A stretch of 64,000 nucleotides of DNA from Chrysomallon squamiferum (GCA_012295275.1 CM022665.1:5394001-5458000); one strand, 5' to 3'. Counted from the first letter of the stretch, positions 26,955 to 44,368 are shown. Notes: a model not told the origin generated them from the sequence alone. Program-made: numbers and translations.

Positions 26955-27935
26955 TTAATTATCTAAATTAATTATAACATTATGTTATAATGACGGATAA
27001 AGATGTCTCAGTGATGCAAGTTAATTTGGCTCATGCAAGTTAATTTGGTTCATTGTTGTAATAACCTATAGAAGCAGCTATATAAGCACTGAAAACTGAC
27101 CTGTAACTAAAGTGATTAGGTACAGATGTAGAACTACTGATAACAGTTAAAGTGATACTGACAACGGTGCTCGGGTGGTGGTTACGTTACTTTTAACTGT
27201 AAATTTAAGTATGCAAATAACAATTAACATTAGTACTAGTGAAACTGTTTAGAAATTTACATTTTTCATTGAGTTAAGTTCTTATCCATATCATTTTACT
27301 TGGAAAAGAAAAGTGATATTTACCATCGTCATCGAAAGCTTCTAGTAACTCTTCAAAATCTCGTTTATTCATGTTCTTCATGAATTCAGCCTCGTCCAAA
27401 ATCACGTCATCGTTTTCATCAATATCTCTTGCTAAAATGTCGCTATCTGTAAAGATAGGAAATATGTTTTACACAACTGTAAATATTCAATTTTTCAGAG
27501 AAGTAATATTTATTTATTTATTATTTAATTTTTTTTATAAATATGTTCTACATTAAAATATAAAAAATTATAATTTAGAGGAAAATAATATTTTAGACAA
27601 AAAAATTATAAATGTTTTATTTACAATATACAGAGTTCGGAATACACCGTCAAAAAGCATCGCCCACTTAAAGGTATTTGAAAAACAAATATTTAAACAA
27701 TTCTGAACAGTAATCTCACCTCGTCGTACCATTCCAATTGGGACGGGTCGTTGGAATCGGCAATATTCCAATTGGGCCGGGTCGTCGCCAACGAAAAAAG
27801 GCCAACGTGAAGGGTGTGAAGGCCAACGGATAGGCCAACGTGAAGGCCAAACGGATAGGCCAACGTCTCCTTTGCGACAGGAGTTACCTGTACAAAAGCA
27901 ACACACAACAACGCCAGAACGAACACAAGCTTCAT
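26955..27935 (-). pseudogene. AMP-like precursor C2, frameshifted (pseudogene or sequencing errors)
   Basis: Exons 27935-27720, 27446-27324 and 26962-26955. Signal MKLVFVLALLCVAFVQVTP is intact. The core is spread over several frames by single-base insertions and reconstructs roughly as VAKRRWPIRWPSRWPIRWPSHPSRWPFRWRRPGPIGILPIPTPVPIGMVRR. Confidence 0.72.
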
Positions 27936-28196
27936 CTGAAATAGAAGAAACAGAATCAGTTTTCTGATTTATATCAGAGTGCAACTGTATAGCGTAATAC
28001 ATATGATCTACAAAAGTACATGGCCAGATCAGAAATAGTGTCTGTTATAGGTTTACGGGGATTGAATTTCTGCTACACCGTGTTAATACAGTATAATTAG
28101 AAAAGAAAACTGATTACAGATTACAGATGTACGTACTTAGTTTTAAAAGAAAAACCAGTTCATTAAAACTTACGTATTTAGTTTTAAAACCAATCG

Positions 28197-28281
<85 letters not shown>

Positions 28282-28710
28282 TGATGTTGATGAATAAAAT
28301 TTTTAATTTGAATAATGAGAAAGTTAGTTACCTCAAATTGTTCTTCAGTGGAATGAAATACACCGTTCGTGGAAAACAGTATTTGAAGACAAAAGGTGTT
28401 AAATAGAAGTGTTTTATAATTTTGAACAGGATGCGAATCTAAATGACATTTACACGTGTAAGTGTGAGATCCTGCTTTCTGTCAGACATCAGTTTATATA
28501 ATCACTGTAAACACACGTGTGAACCACATAAGGTTCCAGATCATTTATCACATTGCCAGAGATTTGTTTTCAAATGTAATTACTGGTCTTCATTTAATCT
28601 GGAAAACTACATTGACTTAATGGTAAATCAACACTGGAAAATATTCATTATGGAATCAACAGTTATATATCTATTTATTTTAATTTAGACAAATATATGA
28701 TTTTAAACTC

Positions 28711-28849
<139 letters not shown>

Positions 28850-30151
28850 TTTCCAATAGGTTGCATAATTTGCGTTCCCATTAATATTTTCTTCAATGAG
28901 AAATATTTTGAACAGAACGAAAACATATACTGAATCCTTTTTAGTTTGATTGATATACAGCTTAATAAAGAATGAACAGCTGATAACAAAAAGATGTTTA
29001 TCATAACTGATTATCACAGATACAGCCTGATATTCTACTTGATTCTGTTGATTGTTTCAGAGGCTATTATGTATTATAGCAAACTGCCATTAACATATGG
29101 TACCACTTTTTTGACTCTCTCTCTCTATTTCAAACTATTATATTCCTCTAAAGCGTTCATTAGCTGTTATTTTCAATATACCAAAAAAAAAAAATATAGA
29201 GGTGTTAATTGATCCTTTTGGAAATGTTCATTTCTGCTTCATTAAATTAATGTTCGTTTTCTCCAGTCGCACACTCCTTCGCGTCAAACTCTTTAACAGT
29301 CAACCAGGATTTCAGGCTCGTCATGTGTTGTCATAATTTCTGTTATATCCTGTTTTCAACAGAATAATGCTGTATAAGTAACTGCATATTTCTAAAAACA
29401 TCAGATCTGAACGTCCTACAGACTAAAAGTAAGGTAAGCCCAAACGATTATTTCAGTACTGAATTTGAAATTTTTATATTTTTATGTCTGAAATCATAAT
29501 TGCATTAGATTTTGTTTTCATTTCACTTTAATATTTTATTACTATTTCTGATACTTGAAAAAAAATAAAACTTTTTCGCATTTTTTTTTTTGTGACTTCA
29601 CAAACGTAACTGTGGTGATTTGCAATTTTAAAACATTTCTGCTTCGTCGAAGACTTAGTTATAGAATTTTTCTTATTAACGGAAAAATCTTTTTTTAATT
29701 ATTCTATTTTAAATCTATCATTAACTCTGAAACTTCAAGACTTATTATTATTATTATTATTAGTAGTAGTAGTAGTAGTAGTAGTACTAGTATCATCATC
29801 ATCATCATTATTATTATTATTATTATTATCATCATCATCCTTATTATATCATTTTTATTATTATTATTATCACCATCATCATCATCATCATCATCATTTG
29901 TCTTTCTTGTTGATTCTTCACTAAAAAAGTTTCACTAAAATATAAAATAAGAAATAGATGAATTCTACATAAATTAAGTTTGAACTAGTATTTAATATAT
30001 ATATATATATATTTATGAAATGTGAATATTCGAAAACTCTTCCAGTTTGATAATCGAAGTTTTCCCCCTATATTGTAATTAGATTATGGTTGTTAAGTAA
30101 TCAATGTATGGATTAAATAGAATAAATATTATTTTATTAATTTATTTTCAG

Positions 30152-32010
<1,859 letters not shown>

Positions 32011-33031
32011 AATTTAATATCCCATATTAAAACTAAATTTTAATACGGAATATTAAATTACATTTCAAAGCTTTTTACTAGTTCAAATTCTGTTATTTAG
32101 CTAAATGTTTATCTAAAATGATATATTTGTATCAAATGCTTAATCACTAATAAACTATAAACAGTTAAGAAGATGGTAAAAAAAAAAATTTTTTTTTCCA
32201 TAAAATCCGAAGTATTCTGGATGACTAATAATCTGTTTTGTTAAATTCTATTGAGTGCGAGAAACAGCTGATATTTACAATATTAATTATGCTTCATTTG
32301 CAGTTCTGATGTCATTTCCAGCTACAGAACAAACAATGTGAATCGCTCGATACAACGCAGTCATTAAAAACTCTGAATAAAATAAAAAATGAACGTAAGC
32401 TGTGTTGTTTTTTAATTTAGTTTTACACTTTTTCTCTAAATTAGAACTGATGGCACTATTTGGATAATGGTTTTGCGTGATTTTTGCTCTTCAAAGAGAA
32501 ATGTATAAAACTATAGATATTTCTTTTTAAATACATAATTTTATAAGACCTCAGTTCACAACACAGATCCGTCCCAAACAGATGAGAGAAACACCGATAA
32601 CAAAGTGTATGTTTGAAAAATATGTACATTTGATTTAAAAAATGCTGAAGTGTGATTTGACAATGGTGAGTCATTGAAAGTTCCAGAAAGATTTTTTTTT
32701 GACAACAAAGTGAAAAATATATCTTTGAAACATGTGCATATGAAATGTTTTGTCTATCCTTGACTGTTATATAATACCGTCACAAGTTTTTAAACAGCAA
32801 ATGTTATTGCCCTTGTTTCTTTTTTATGTTATTTCTGAAATATTGTTCGAGGCTATTTGAAAATAAAAACACAACTATTGGATTTGATTATAGAATTGTA
32901 ATCATATTTCTTTCAAAATAAATTTAATAACGACAGCAATATAACCAGAAAGGATATTTATTAGAATCTTATTTCTTATATCATTTTATGTCACATCTGA
33001 TTTGATGTAGTTTTCTTCTTATTTATCGATT

Positions 33032-34071
33032 TCAAACATCTTCTGAATCTGGAAAGTAAACAGATTTTGTCAATTTTCTGTAATAAAAGAAGAACAGGGA
33101 TGAAAACTTTGTTTAACAAAAAACAACTTACTTCATTATAAACATTAATGTGTCGAAGACGTGTTATTTCTTTGTATGTATTTGTGTTTGTTTGTGTGTA
33201 TGTATGTTTATATATATATATATATATATTATGCTCCAAATACGATAAGCCTATATATATCTATATATACGATATATATAAATGAATATGTTTAGGCGTG
33301 CGTGCGTATTGGTGAGTATGAGCGTGCTTGTGAGTGTGAACATGTGTCTGAACATGTGTGTGCACGCTTACTGAATTTATTCATTTCCTGTAACATATTC
33401 TCAATGTCACGCTCATTCAAATATTTTGCCAGTTCAACATCATCAAAATTCTCATGGTCTTCATCTGCTTCAAACTCAGGTGCAACGTCCCTGCCTGTAA
33501 TGAACAAAATTTTATATATTGCTTCTAAACAAATGTCAGCATTAACTTTCAGTAGGAGTCAAACTAATATTTTTGTTACGATTATATCATGAAACTGACC
33601 CACGTATTATGTTTGAAAAAAGAAAAAAAAGTTTAAAGTTGCAGTTAGGAATTTTTGTTTGAGGTTAAAGCACATAGGTATTTTTGTTTGGAGGTTAAAT
33701 GGAATATAAATGATGAATTCCTGTAGACGTCTTGTTCAGTTTATAGTAGTAGATGTAGTAAGAATAAGATGATGATTGAAAAGAAGAAGGAGAAGAACAA
33801 GAACATGAAGAAGAACAAGAAGAAGAAGAAGAAGAAGAAGAAGAAGAAGAGGAAGAAAAAGAAGAAGAACAACAACAACAACAACAAGAAGAAAGTTGAG
33901 AATTAGAAAATTGATCAAACCTGAGCGATGTAAATATTTATCCAATAACTTTCTAATCCTGTCCCAGTTAATGCGCAGAGGATGGTGGTATATTTTCTGT
34001 CTGATCCACGCTGCTGAAGATTCTTGGAGAGCGACGAGAGAGAGCAGAACAAGGAGGAGGACAAACTTCAT
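33032..34071 (-). CDS. AMP-like precursor E2
   Basis: Exons 34071-33921, 33494-33372 and 33048-33032. Core AWIRQKIYHHPLRINWDRIRKLLDKYLHRS-G-R, with an acidic tail nearly identical to E1. Confidence 0.86.
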
Positions 34072-34239
34072 CTGTAACAAAATGCTAAAATATAGTTTAC
34101 GTGTAGAATTTCTTCAGTAAGTCTGAAATAGGGAAATATTTTCGGATGATTATAGTATTGTTTTTAAACTTACATCTTGTTTTCAGTCACCCTCTTATAT
34201 TATCGTTCACGTACTGTTATTATGTTTAAATTACGTAGA

Positions 34240-34306
<67 letters not shown>

Positions 34307-34970
34307 TTTTATTCAAGTATAAGAATATTATATTAAGAATCAAGCTTCGCTTTCTTAAAACTTTTTTAATTAATAAATTTACATTGAATATTTTATTACT
34401 GAGAACGAGAATTTGTTTTCTTACCTTTATGTAGTGTTGAACGAATAATGAAGTACACTTTATTTCACAGTTCTACAGTTGTATTTAAAGAGCTGTGGTG
34501 TTTGAAATGTTGTCAAATCCGAGAGTGAGAAGTTATTTCACACAGAATGCTTGTTTTAATGCACTTACGAACCAACATGTGTATTATGGACCATACAAGT
34601 GTGTATGTAGGTGTGTGTGTATGAATGGGTATGTATTTATTAATATATACTTTCTGGTATTTCATCATTTGCAATACAGTCAAGAAACAGGCTATATATC
34701 TAGTATGTATGTATGTATGTATATATGTGTATGTCTAAGTGTGTGTTTGTGTGTGTATATATATATATATATATAAGTATGTATATCTCTATGTATGTAT
34801 TTCCCAATAACGTGGTGATTTGTGAGTATCAATATTTATTAATGTTCTTTCTATGAACAAGTCATAAAAAAGAATGTTACTATTTCTATTATTTTGATTT
34901 AGATGCAGCATTCTATGATTTAGTATTTTCTGTGTATATAAATGTTAATGCTTCATTTTATTTCAAACAA

Positions 34971-35054
<84 letters not shown>

Positions 35055-35273
35055 ATTTGTAAAAATAAAAAAGAGAATCTCAAACATCGTAAAATATAGT
35101 CAGATCGATAACGAGAAATACAGAACAGATGTGTAGAGAGATAACGTAACAAAAAAGATCAAACAGTTATGAGTACAGAGTATTAATAAAACCACATTCA
35201 CAAACAGGATATGAGATAGAGAAAGAGGATGAGCGAGACAGAGATATACAGGGACAGTAAGAATACTGATTGC

Positions 35274-35393
35274 CTCTTTAACGCAGCAATTTCCTGGTCC
35301 GCAAGAACTGGTGTCATGCGGGTCGCAGTCGTGGATAACATCAGTGAGGATTCTGTCTCGATATGTCAACGTTCCTGACACTGTCAACACACT
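35274..35393 (-). pseudogene. Orphan exon of Cys-rich prokineticin/astakine-like gene (unit 2 copy)
   Basis: SVLTVSGTLTYRDRILTDVIHDCDPHDTSSCGPGNCCVKE. The flanking coding exons are absent in this unit. Confidence 0.65.
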
Positions 35394-36648
35394 CTGCATA
35401 AAACAACTGGGCCAGATTTACTTATTTGTTTCTTAGAAGCTCTATTTTGTTATCGGTGTTGTTCTTTACTCAAAAAGAATTATAGAGAGTTGCATCATCT
35501 ATAATAAAACCATACTTATCTATGAAAGAACCATATTTATCTTAATAAAAGAATATATTGGAATAATTTGGTTTGTTTTATTTTTAGCAGGAAAATAATA
35601 TAAATATCAATTGGTTTTTAACATATAAGATCAATTATTTAATCACTTTTGCGTGTTAAGTTTCAATACTGCTGACAAAGTTTTTCAGGATTTTCTCTGT
35701 ATGTTTATAACTGGCACATAAGCAATAATAAGACTGAGCTGGGCAGACAATCCGTGCATGTACGTTACATTAAATCCATTTATCCACCAATACCTTACAT
35801 AATACATGTGTAAGGAAAATAACAATTAAACTGAACATTTTCAACTTTAAATGTTGTCTATTTGTTACTGTTAAAACCGTCTTCATTTCTAAATGTGATG
35901 TTATTTAATTACACTTTACTGCATTATTTAACGTTTACTTATAACTAATATTCTAGTTGTTTCCGTAAAGTACTGGAGGCCTATACAATATTTCTTAAAA
36001 GAATGAAATTAAAACTTTGTTTTATAAACTGACCACAACTACATGGCACTGGCAAACATCTTTATTAGATTAAAGATTTTATGTTATATTTTTATATCAA
36101 CAAAAACTAAGACAAAAAGTGATTTAAATTTTATTTTAATCTTTAAACTTTTCGAACTTCTTTCCTTCGTCAGTGTCTGAAAAATAGAAAATACTTGGTT
36201 TATTTCATATCATATCATATCCTATAAAACGAAAGCTAAAGAAATGTATAGCGACTACAGAAATGTACACATAATAGATTACAATAAAAGTTTTAAAACA
36301 GTCACCCAATCCATAATGGAAAATAACATACCAAGTTTATTTAAAAGCGTGTGAATATTACAAAAACATTAAAAAATTCCACAAGTATTATTGATGAAAG
36401 TTAATTTGATATAACAATTACAAATTCAGTACAAATATAATATGTAATACAAAATGTATACGAGATCGAAAGACAGTGAAATACAAATGACAATTATTCA
36501 GTCGTCGAAATGCAACAGAAAATAAGCAGTGCACGATATGAAGACTGGAATTCTGAAATGAAGTGGACAGAATCAGAGACAGATTCATGATTTGATCTTC
36601 AAGAGGAAATAAGTTAGAGAAAAAGGATTGGAGATTTTATGTATATAG

Positions 36649-36783
<135 letters not shown>

Positions 36784-36901
36784 TCTTCTTCTTCTTTAAT
36801 AACTAAAGACAATGTTTTGTGACGGTAAATAAAAATCTTTACATAATGTCTTAGCTTACCTGGTAATTATTGCAGCTATTAAACAACCGCCAGATCCGAA
36901 T

Positions 36902-37802
36902 TTAATTATCTAAATTAATTATAACATTATGTTATAATGACGGATAAAGATGTCTCAGTGATGCAAGTTAATTTGGTTCATTGTTGTAATAACCTATAGA
37001 AGCAGCTATATAAGCACTGAAAACTGACATGTAGCTAAAGTGATTAGGTACAGATGTAGAAGTACTGATAACAGTTAAAGTGATACTGACAACGGTGCTC
37101 GGGTGGTGGTTACATTACTATTAACTGTAAATTTAAGTGTGCAAATAAAAATTAACATTAGTACTAGTGAAACTGTTTAGAAATTTACATTTTTCATTGA
37201 GTTAAATTCTTATCCATATCATTTTACTTGGAAAAGAAAAGTGATATTTACCATCGTCATCGAAAGCTTCTGTTAACTCTTCAAAATCTCGTTTATTCAT
37301 GTTCTTCATGAATTCAGCCTCGTCCAAAATCTCGTCATCGTTTTCATCAATATCTCTTGCTAAAATATCGCTACCTGTAAAGATAAGAAATATATTTTAG
37401 ACAACTGTAAGTATTCTAGTTTACAAAAAAGTAATATTTATTTATTTATTTATAAATATGTGCTACAAAAATATAAAAATTCTACTTTAGAGGAAAATAA
37501 TATTTTAGTCAAAAAATTATAAATGTTTTATTTACAATATAGATACTTTGGAATACACCGTTAAAAAGCATCGCCCACTTAAAGGTATTTGAAAAACAAA
37601 TATTTAAACAATTCTGAACAGTAATCTCACCTAGTCGTACCATTCCTATTGGGCCGGGTGTTGGTATGGGAAACATTCCAATTGGGCCAGGAAATGGCGG
37701 TATGATTCCAGCTGGGCCAGGACGTGGCCAACGTCTGTTTGCGAGAGGCGTTACCTCGTAAACAGCAACACACAACAACGCGAGAACGAGCACAAGCTTC
37801 AT
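36902..37802 (-). CDS. AMP-like precursor C3
   Basis: Exons 37802-37631, 37374-37252 and 36909-36902. Product: MKLVLVLALLCVAVYEVTP / LANRRWPRPGPAGIIPPFPGPIGMFPIPTPGPIGMVRLGSDILA-R / DIDENDDEILDEAEFMKNMNKRDFEELTEAFDDDDN*. Confidence 0.85.
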
Positions 37803-38106
37803 CTGAAATAGAAGAAATGGTATCAGTTTTCTGATTTATATCAGAGTGCAACTGTATAGCGTAATACATATGATCTACAAAATAACATACTCCGTATCTT
37901 GACAGACGTACATGGCCAGATTAGAAATAGTGTCTGTTATAGGTTTACGGGGATTGAATTTCTGCTACACCATGTTAATCCAGTCTTAATAATATAATAT
38001 ATGATTTTTTACTGTTATCTTGCTGTATAATTAGAAAATAAAACCAAATCACATAATTACAGATGTACCTACTGAGTTTTAAAACAGTTATTACTTCGTA
38101 AACCCA

Positions 38107-38213
<107 letters not shown>

Positions 38214-38613
38214 GATGATGGTGAATAAACATTTTACCTCAAATTCTTCCTCAAGTGGAATGAAATACACCGTTCGTGGAAAACAGTATTTCAAGACAAA
38301 AGGTGTTAAATAGAAGTGTTTTATAATCTTGAACAGGATGCAAATCTAAATGATATTTACACGTGTAAGTGTGAGATCCTGCTTTCTGTCAGACATCAGT
38401 TTATATAATCACTGTAAACACACGTGTGAACCACATAAGGTTCCAGATCATTTATCACATTGCCAAAGAATTGTTTTTATATGTAATTACTGATCTTCAT
38501 TTAATGAGAAAAACTTCTATTGACTTAATGGTAAATCAACACTGGAAAATATTCATTATGGAATCAACAGTTATATATCTATTTAATTAGATAGTGTATA
38601 TGATTTTATAATC

Positions 38614-38701
<88 letters not shown>

Positions 38702-39564
38702 TCCAATTGGTTGCATACTTTTCGTTCCCATTAATATTTTCTTCAATGAGAAATATTTTGAACAGAACGAAAACATATACTGAATCCTTTTTAGTTAGAC
38801 TGATACACAGCTTAATAAAGAATGAACAGCTGATAACAAAAAGATGTTTATCATGACTGATTATCACAGATACAGTCTGATATTCTACTTGATTCTGTTG
38901 TTTATTTCTGAGGCTATAATGTATTATAGGAAACTGCCATTAACATATGGTACCACTTTTTTGACTTTCTCTCTCAAATTATTATATTCCTCTGATTCGT
39001 TTATTAGCTGTTATTTTCAATACACCAAAACAATATAGAGGTGTTAATTGATCGTTTTGGAAATGTTCATTTCTGCTTCATTAAATTAGGTGTTCGTTTT
39101 CACCAGTCGCACACTCCTTCGCGCCAAACTCTTTAACAGTCAACCAGGATTTCAGGCTCGTCATGTGTTGTCATAATTTCTGTTATATCCTGTTTTCAAC
39201 AGAATAATGCTGTATAAGTAACTGCATATTTCTAAAAACATCAGATCTGAACGTCCTACAGACTAAAAGTAAGGTAAGCCCAAACAATTATTTCAGTACT
39301 GAATTTGAAATGTTTATATTTTTTTGTCTGAAATCATAATTGAATAAGATTTTTTTTTCATTTCATTTTAATATTTTATTACTATTTCTGATACTTTAAA
39401 AAAAGTAATTGTCTTTCGCATTTTTTCCTAACTTCAGAAACGTAACTGTGGTGATTTGCAATTTTAAAACATTTCTGCCTCGTAGAAGACTTCTTATTAA
39501 CGGAAATATCTTTTTTTTTTAATTATTGTATTTTTAAATCTATCATTAACTCTGAAACTTCAAG

Positions 39565-39597
<33 letters not shown>

Positions 39598-39867
39598 TTT
39601 TTATTATTATTATTATTAATTATTAATTATTAATTATTATTATTTCCGCCACAATCATCATCATCATCATCATTTGCCTTTCTTGTTGATTCTTCATTAA
39701 AAACGTTTCACTGAAATAAAACATAAAAACATAGATGAATTCTACATAAATAAAGTATGAACTAGTAGAATTTAATATAAAAAAGAAGCACTTAATAGTC
39801 ATATATATATATAGATATATATATATGAAATGTGAATATTCGAAAACTCTTCCAGTTTGATAATCGA

Positions 39868-41049
39868 TTATCAGTTGTTGCCCTGCACGAGACTAATGGA
39901 ATCTGGAAACGTTTCCGATGGCCTAGATTTCCTCGCCTTCCCAGATTGCCTCGCCTTCCCAGATTCCCTCGCTGGCCAAGAATTCCAGGACGTTGGCCTG
40001 GACCGATAGGAATGCCACCAAGACCAATGCTGAAAGGTTGATAAATATTTTGTAAATTTATGGACATTAGTTAATAAGCATAAAGATGCAACAAACATAC
40101 GAACTTGCATACAACATAAAACGACTGAAATAACAAACAGTGACAAACACAAATATTAAAGCAAAGCCATAAACGTAACTACCATGTTCAAACTCTTTCT
40201 CTAAATTAGTAGAAATTCAGTAATTTTACTGTTTTATCGACACAATCATTTAGGCCATGAATTAAAAACTAGCAGCTACTTGAAATGATGTTAATGATTA
40301 AAATTATAGATTTAGTTACAAGTGCTTTAAATACAAGCAGGTTTTCTTTTAATTTCCTATAATGTTTATAATTACAGATGTAGTTTGTGTACAGAATAGC
40401 TAAATTATTTTCAATTGTAGACATAATTATTTCTGTTGTTTTCAGGAAGAGACGTTGATTCTATTGATGAAAATGAGGATGGATTGCTCGATGAAATGGA
40501 ACTGGCGAAACACCTCAACGAGCGAGACATTGAAGATTTAATGAAGATGTTGGATTAAAATGGTAAATTATATAAAATTCTGATCAGTCGCCTGTTTATT
40601 TGTAATAACAGCTTGATAGGCATGTTAGTTTTATTATTCTACAGGTATAAGCATTCATGATTGCTTTTGTTTTTGAAAATATTTATATATGTGTACATTT
40701 TTATATATGTATGTCTGCATGAGTGTGTGTGTTTGTGTGTAGATGTACACTTTTGTTCTTATTATTCTTGTTATTCCTTTTGTTATTCTCTTGCAATTAT
40801 TGTCATTGTTTTTGTTGCTGTTGTTGTTATTTTTTGTATTATCATTACTATCATGCAGGTTCATTATTATTATTGTTGTTGTTATTATTACTATTTCTAT
40901 TATTATTATAGTAGTAGTAGTAGTAGTAGTAATAGTAGTAGTAATAGTGGTAGTAGTAGTAGTAGTTGTAGTAGTAGTTGTAATATTGCTATTATTGTTA
41001 TGTTACAGGTGATAATCGGCTCTCTGTAGATGAGTTTACTGAAGAGTAA
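39868..41049 (+). pseudogene. D3 pseudogene
   Basis: A deletion at ~39867 removes the acceptor, ATG and first ~9 codons. The remainder reads LSVVALHETNGIWKRFRWPRFPRLPRLPRLPRFPRWPRIPGRWPGPIGMPPRPMLK to 40036. Exon 2 from 40446 has GAA>TAA at 40556-40558. Last exon at 41009-41049. Confidence 0.85.
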
Positions 41050-42054
41050 TCAGGTAAATTTACGATAATTTCTAGTCAAAAGTATTTTGATTTAAAAGTC
41101 TCGTAATGTTAAACTGTATCTGTTTTGAAGTGTAATTTAATATCCCATATTAAAACTAAATTTCAATACGGAATATTAAATTACATTTCAAAGCCTTTTA
41201 CTAGTTCAAACGCTGTTATTCAGCTCAACATTTATCTAAAATGATATATTTGTATCAAATGCTTAATCACTAATAAACTATAAACAGTTAAAAAGATGGT
41301 AAAAATAAATAAATTTTCCATAGAATCCGAAGTATTCTGGATGACTAATAATCTGTTTTGTTAAATTCTATTGAATGCGAGAAACAGCTGATATTTACAA
41401 TATTAATTATGCTTCATTTGCAGTTCTGATGTCATTTCCAGATACAGAACAAACAATGTGAATCGCCCGATACAACGCAGTCATTAAAAACTCTGAATAA
41501 AATCAAATCTGAACGTTAGCTCTGTTCTCTTTTAATTATAGTTGCTATACACAGTTTTTCGAAATTAGAACTGATAGCACTTCTGGACAATGGTTTTGCA
41601 TGATTTTTGCTCTTCAAAGAGAAATGTACAAAACTATAGATATATTTTCTTTTTAAAATACATAATTTTATAAGACCTCAGTCCACAAGAGAGATCCGAT
41701 GGAAAAAGATAAGAGACCCACTGACAACAAAGTGAAAATATATCTTTGAAACATGTGAATATGAAATGTTTTGTCTATCCCTGACTGTTATATAATACCG
41801 TCACAAGTTTTTAAACAGCGAAATGTTATTGCACTTGTTTCTTTTTTATGTTATTTCTGGAATATTGCTTAGAGGCTACTTGAAAATAAAAACACAACTA
41901 TTGGATTTGATTATAGAATTGTAATCATATTTCTTTCAAGATCAATTTAATAACGACAACAACATAACGAGAAAGGATATTTATTAGAATCTTATTTGTT
42001 ATATCATTTTATGTCACATCTGACTTGATGTAGTTTTCTTCTTATTTATCGATT

Positions 42055-43174
42055 TCAAACATCTTCTGAATCTGGAAAGTAAACAGATTTTGTTAATTTG
42101 TTTTGTAATAAACGAAGAACAGGAATGAAAACTTTGTTTAACAACAAACAACTTACTTCATTATAAACATTAATGTGTCGAAGACATGTGATTTGTTTGT
42201 ATGTATTTGGCTCCGTGTGTTCGTTTGTGTGTATGTATGTATATATTATGCTCCCAAATACGATAAGCCTATATATATCTATTTATATGTACGATATATA
42301 TATGAATATATATATATAAATATGTTTAAGCGTGCGTGCGTATTTGTGAGTATGAGCGTGCTTGTGAGTGTGAACATGTGTCTGAACATGTGTGTGCACG
42401 CTTACTGAATGTATTCATTTCCTGTAACATATTCTCAATGTCACGCTCATTCAAATATTTTGCCAGTTCAACATCATCAAAATTCTCATAGTCTTCATCT
42501 GCTTCAAACTCTGATGCAACGTCCCTGCCTGTAATGAACAAAATTTTATATATTGCCTCTAAACAAATGTCAGCATTAACTTGCAGTAGGAGTCAAACTA
42601 ATATTATTTGTTACGATTCTATCACGAAACTGACTCACGTATTATGTTTGAAAAAAGAAAGTGTTAAAGTTATCAGTTGCAGCTAGGAATTGTGGTTTGG
42701 ACATTAAAGCACATATATCCGTATTTTTTAAGAACCAGTGGCTAGAATGGAATATAAATGATGACTGTCATGTAGACGTATTGTTCAGTTCATAACAACA
42801 ATAAAATTTCAACAATAATAACAAATACTGGTGGTGGTAAGAACGCGAAGAAAGATGAGAATTAGAAATTTGATCAAAACTGTGCGATGGTAATATTTAT
42901 CCAATAACTTTCTAATCCTGTCCCAGTTATAGTACCGATGATAAAAGCGAAGAAGAACACGAAGAAGAAGAAGAAGAAGAAGAAGAAGAAGAAGAAAGCT
43001 GATAATTAGAAAACTGATCAAACCTGTGCGATGGTAATATTTATCCAAGAACTTTCTAATCCTGTCCCAGTTAATGTGCCGATGATGGTGGTATATTTTC
43101 TGTCTGATCCACCCTGCTGAAGATTCTTGGAGAGCGACGAGAGAGAGCAGAACAAGGAGGAGGACAAACTTCAT
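42055..43174 (-). CDS. AMP-like precursor E3 (more His-rich variant)
   Basis: Exons 43174-43024, 42528-42406 and 42071-42055. Core GWIRQKIYHHHRHINWDRIRKFLDKYYHRT-G-R; tail DVASEFEADEDYENFDDVELAKYLNERDIENMLQEMNTFNSEDV*. Confidence 0.86.
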
Positions 43175-43340
43175 CTGTAACAAAACGCTAAAATATAGTT
43201 TACGTATAGAATTTCTTCAGTAAGTCTGACATAGGGAAATATTTTCGGATCATTATAGTATTGTTTTTATACCTACATCTTGTTTACAGTCACCCTCTTA
43301 TATTATCGTTCATGTGTTATTATGTATAAATTACGTAGAA

Positions 43341-43379
<39 letters not shown>

Positions 43380-44337
43380 TTTTATTCAACTATAAGAATA
43401 TTATTTAAAAATTAAGCTTCGCTTTCTTAAAACAATTTCATTAATAAATTTAAATTGAATATTTTATTAATGAGAGAAAAATTGTTTGCTTACCTTTATG
43501 TAGTGTTGAACGAATAATGAAGTACACTTTATTTCACAGTTCTACAGCTGTATTTAAAGAGCTGTGGTGTTTGAAATGTTGTTAACTACGACAGTGATAA
43601 GTTATTTCACACAAAATTCGTGTGAGATCCTGGAAGCAACATTGAATTAACTGACCTGAAATAACACGGACAAGCAAACGCATGCGCATACACAGACGAA
43701 CAAACACATACACAAATTTATAAATGCTTATTTGAATGCAGATAGAAACCAACATCTGTATTATGGACCATACAAGTGTGTATGTAGGTGTATACGTATT
43801 AATCAGTGTGTGTTTATTAATATATGCTTTCTTGTATTTCATCACTTGCAATGCAGTGAGGAAACAGACTATATATCTAGTATGTATGTATGTATATATG
43901 TGTATGTCTGTGTGTATGTATGTATATATGTGTTTGTCTGTATGTATGATTGTGTGTATGTGTGTGTGTGTATATATATATTATGTATGTATGTATCAGT
44001 GTATGTATGTATATAGTTACCAATAATGTGGTGATTTGTTATTATCAATATTTTAAAATAATAATTGTCACAGATTTCTATATTCATATCTACACAGACA
44101 AAGACAAACATTTCTACATATGTACATACATATATACATGCATGCATTCATACATACATACATACATCTATACTTACATTCATCATACATACATACATAC
44201 ATACGTCCGACCGTCCATCCATACATACAAACATCTGATCTGAATGATATATTTATAAAAGAAAACAAAAACAAATACGTATTAGTCTATTTATTTAATA
44301 GAAAATATTTTTAATAGTAGTAGTAGTAGTAGTAATT

Positions 44338-44368
<31 letters not shown>

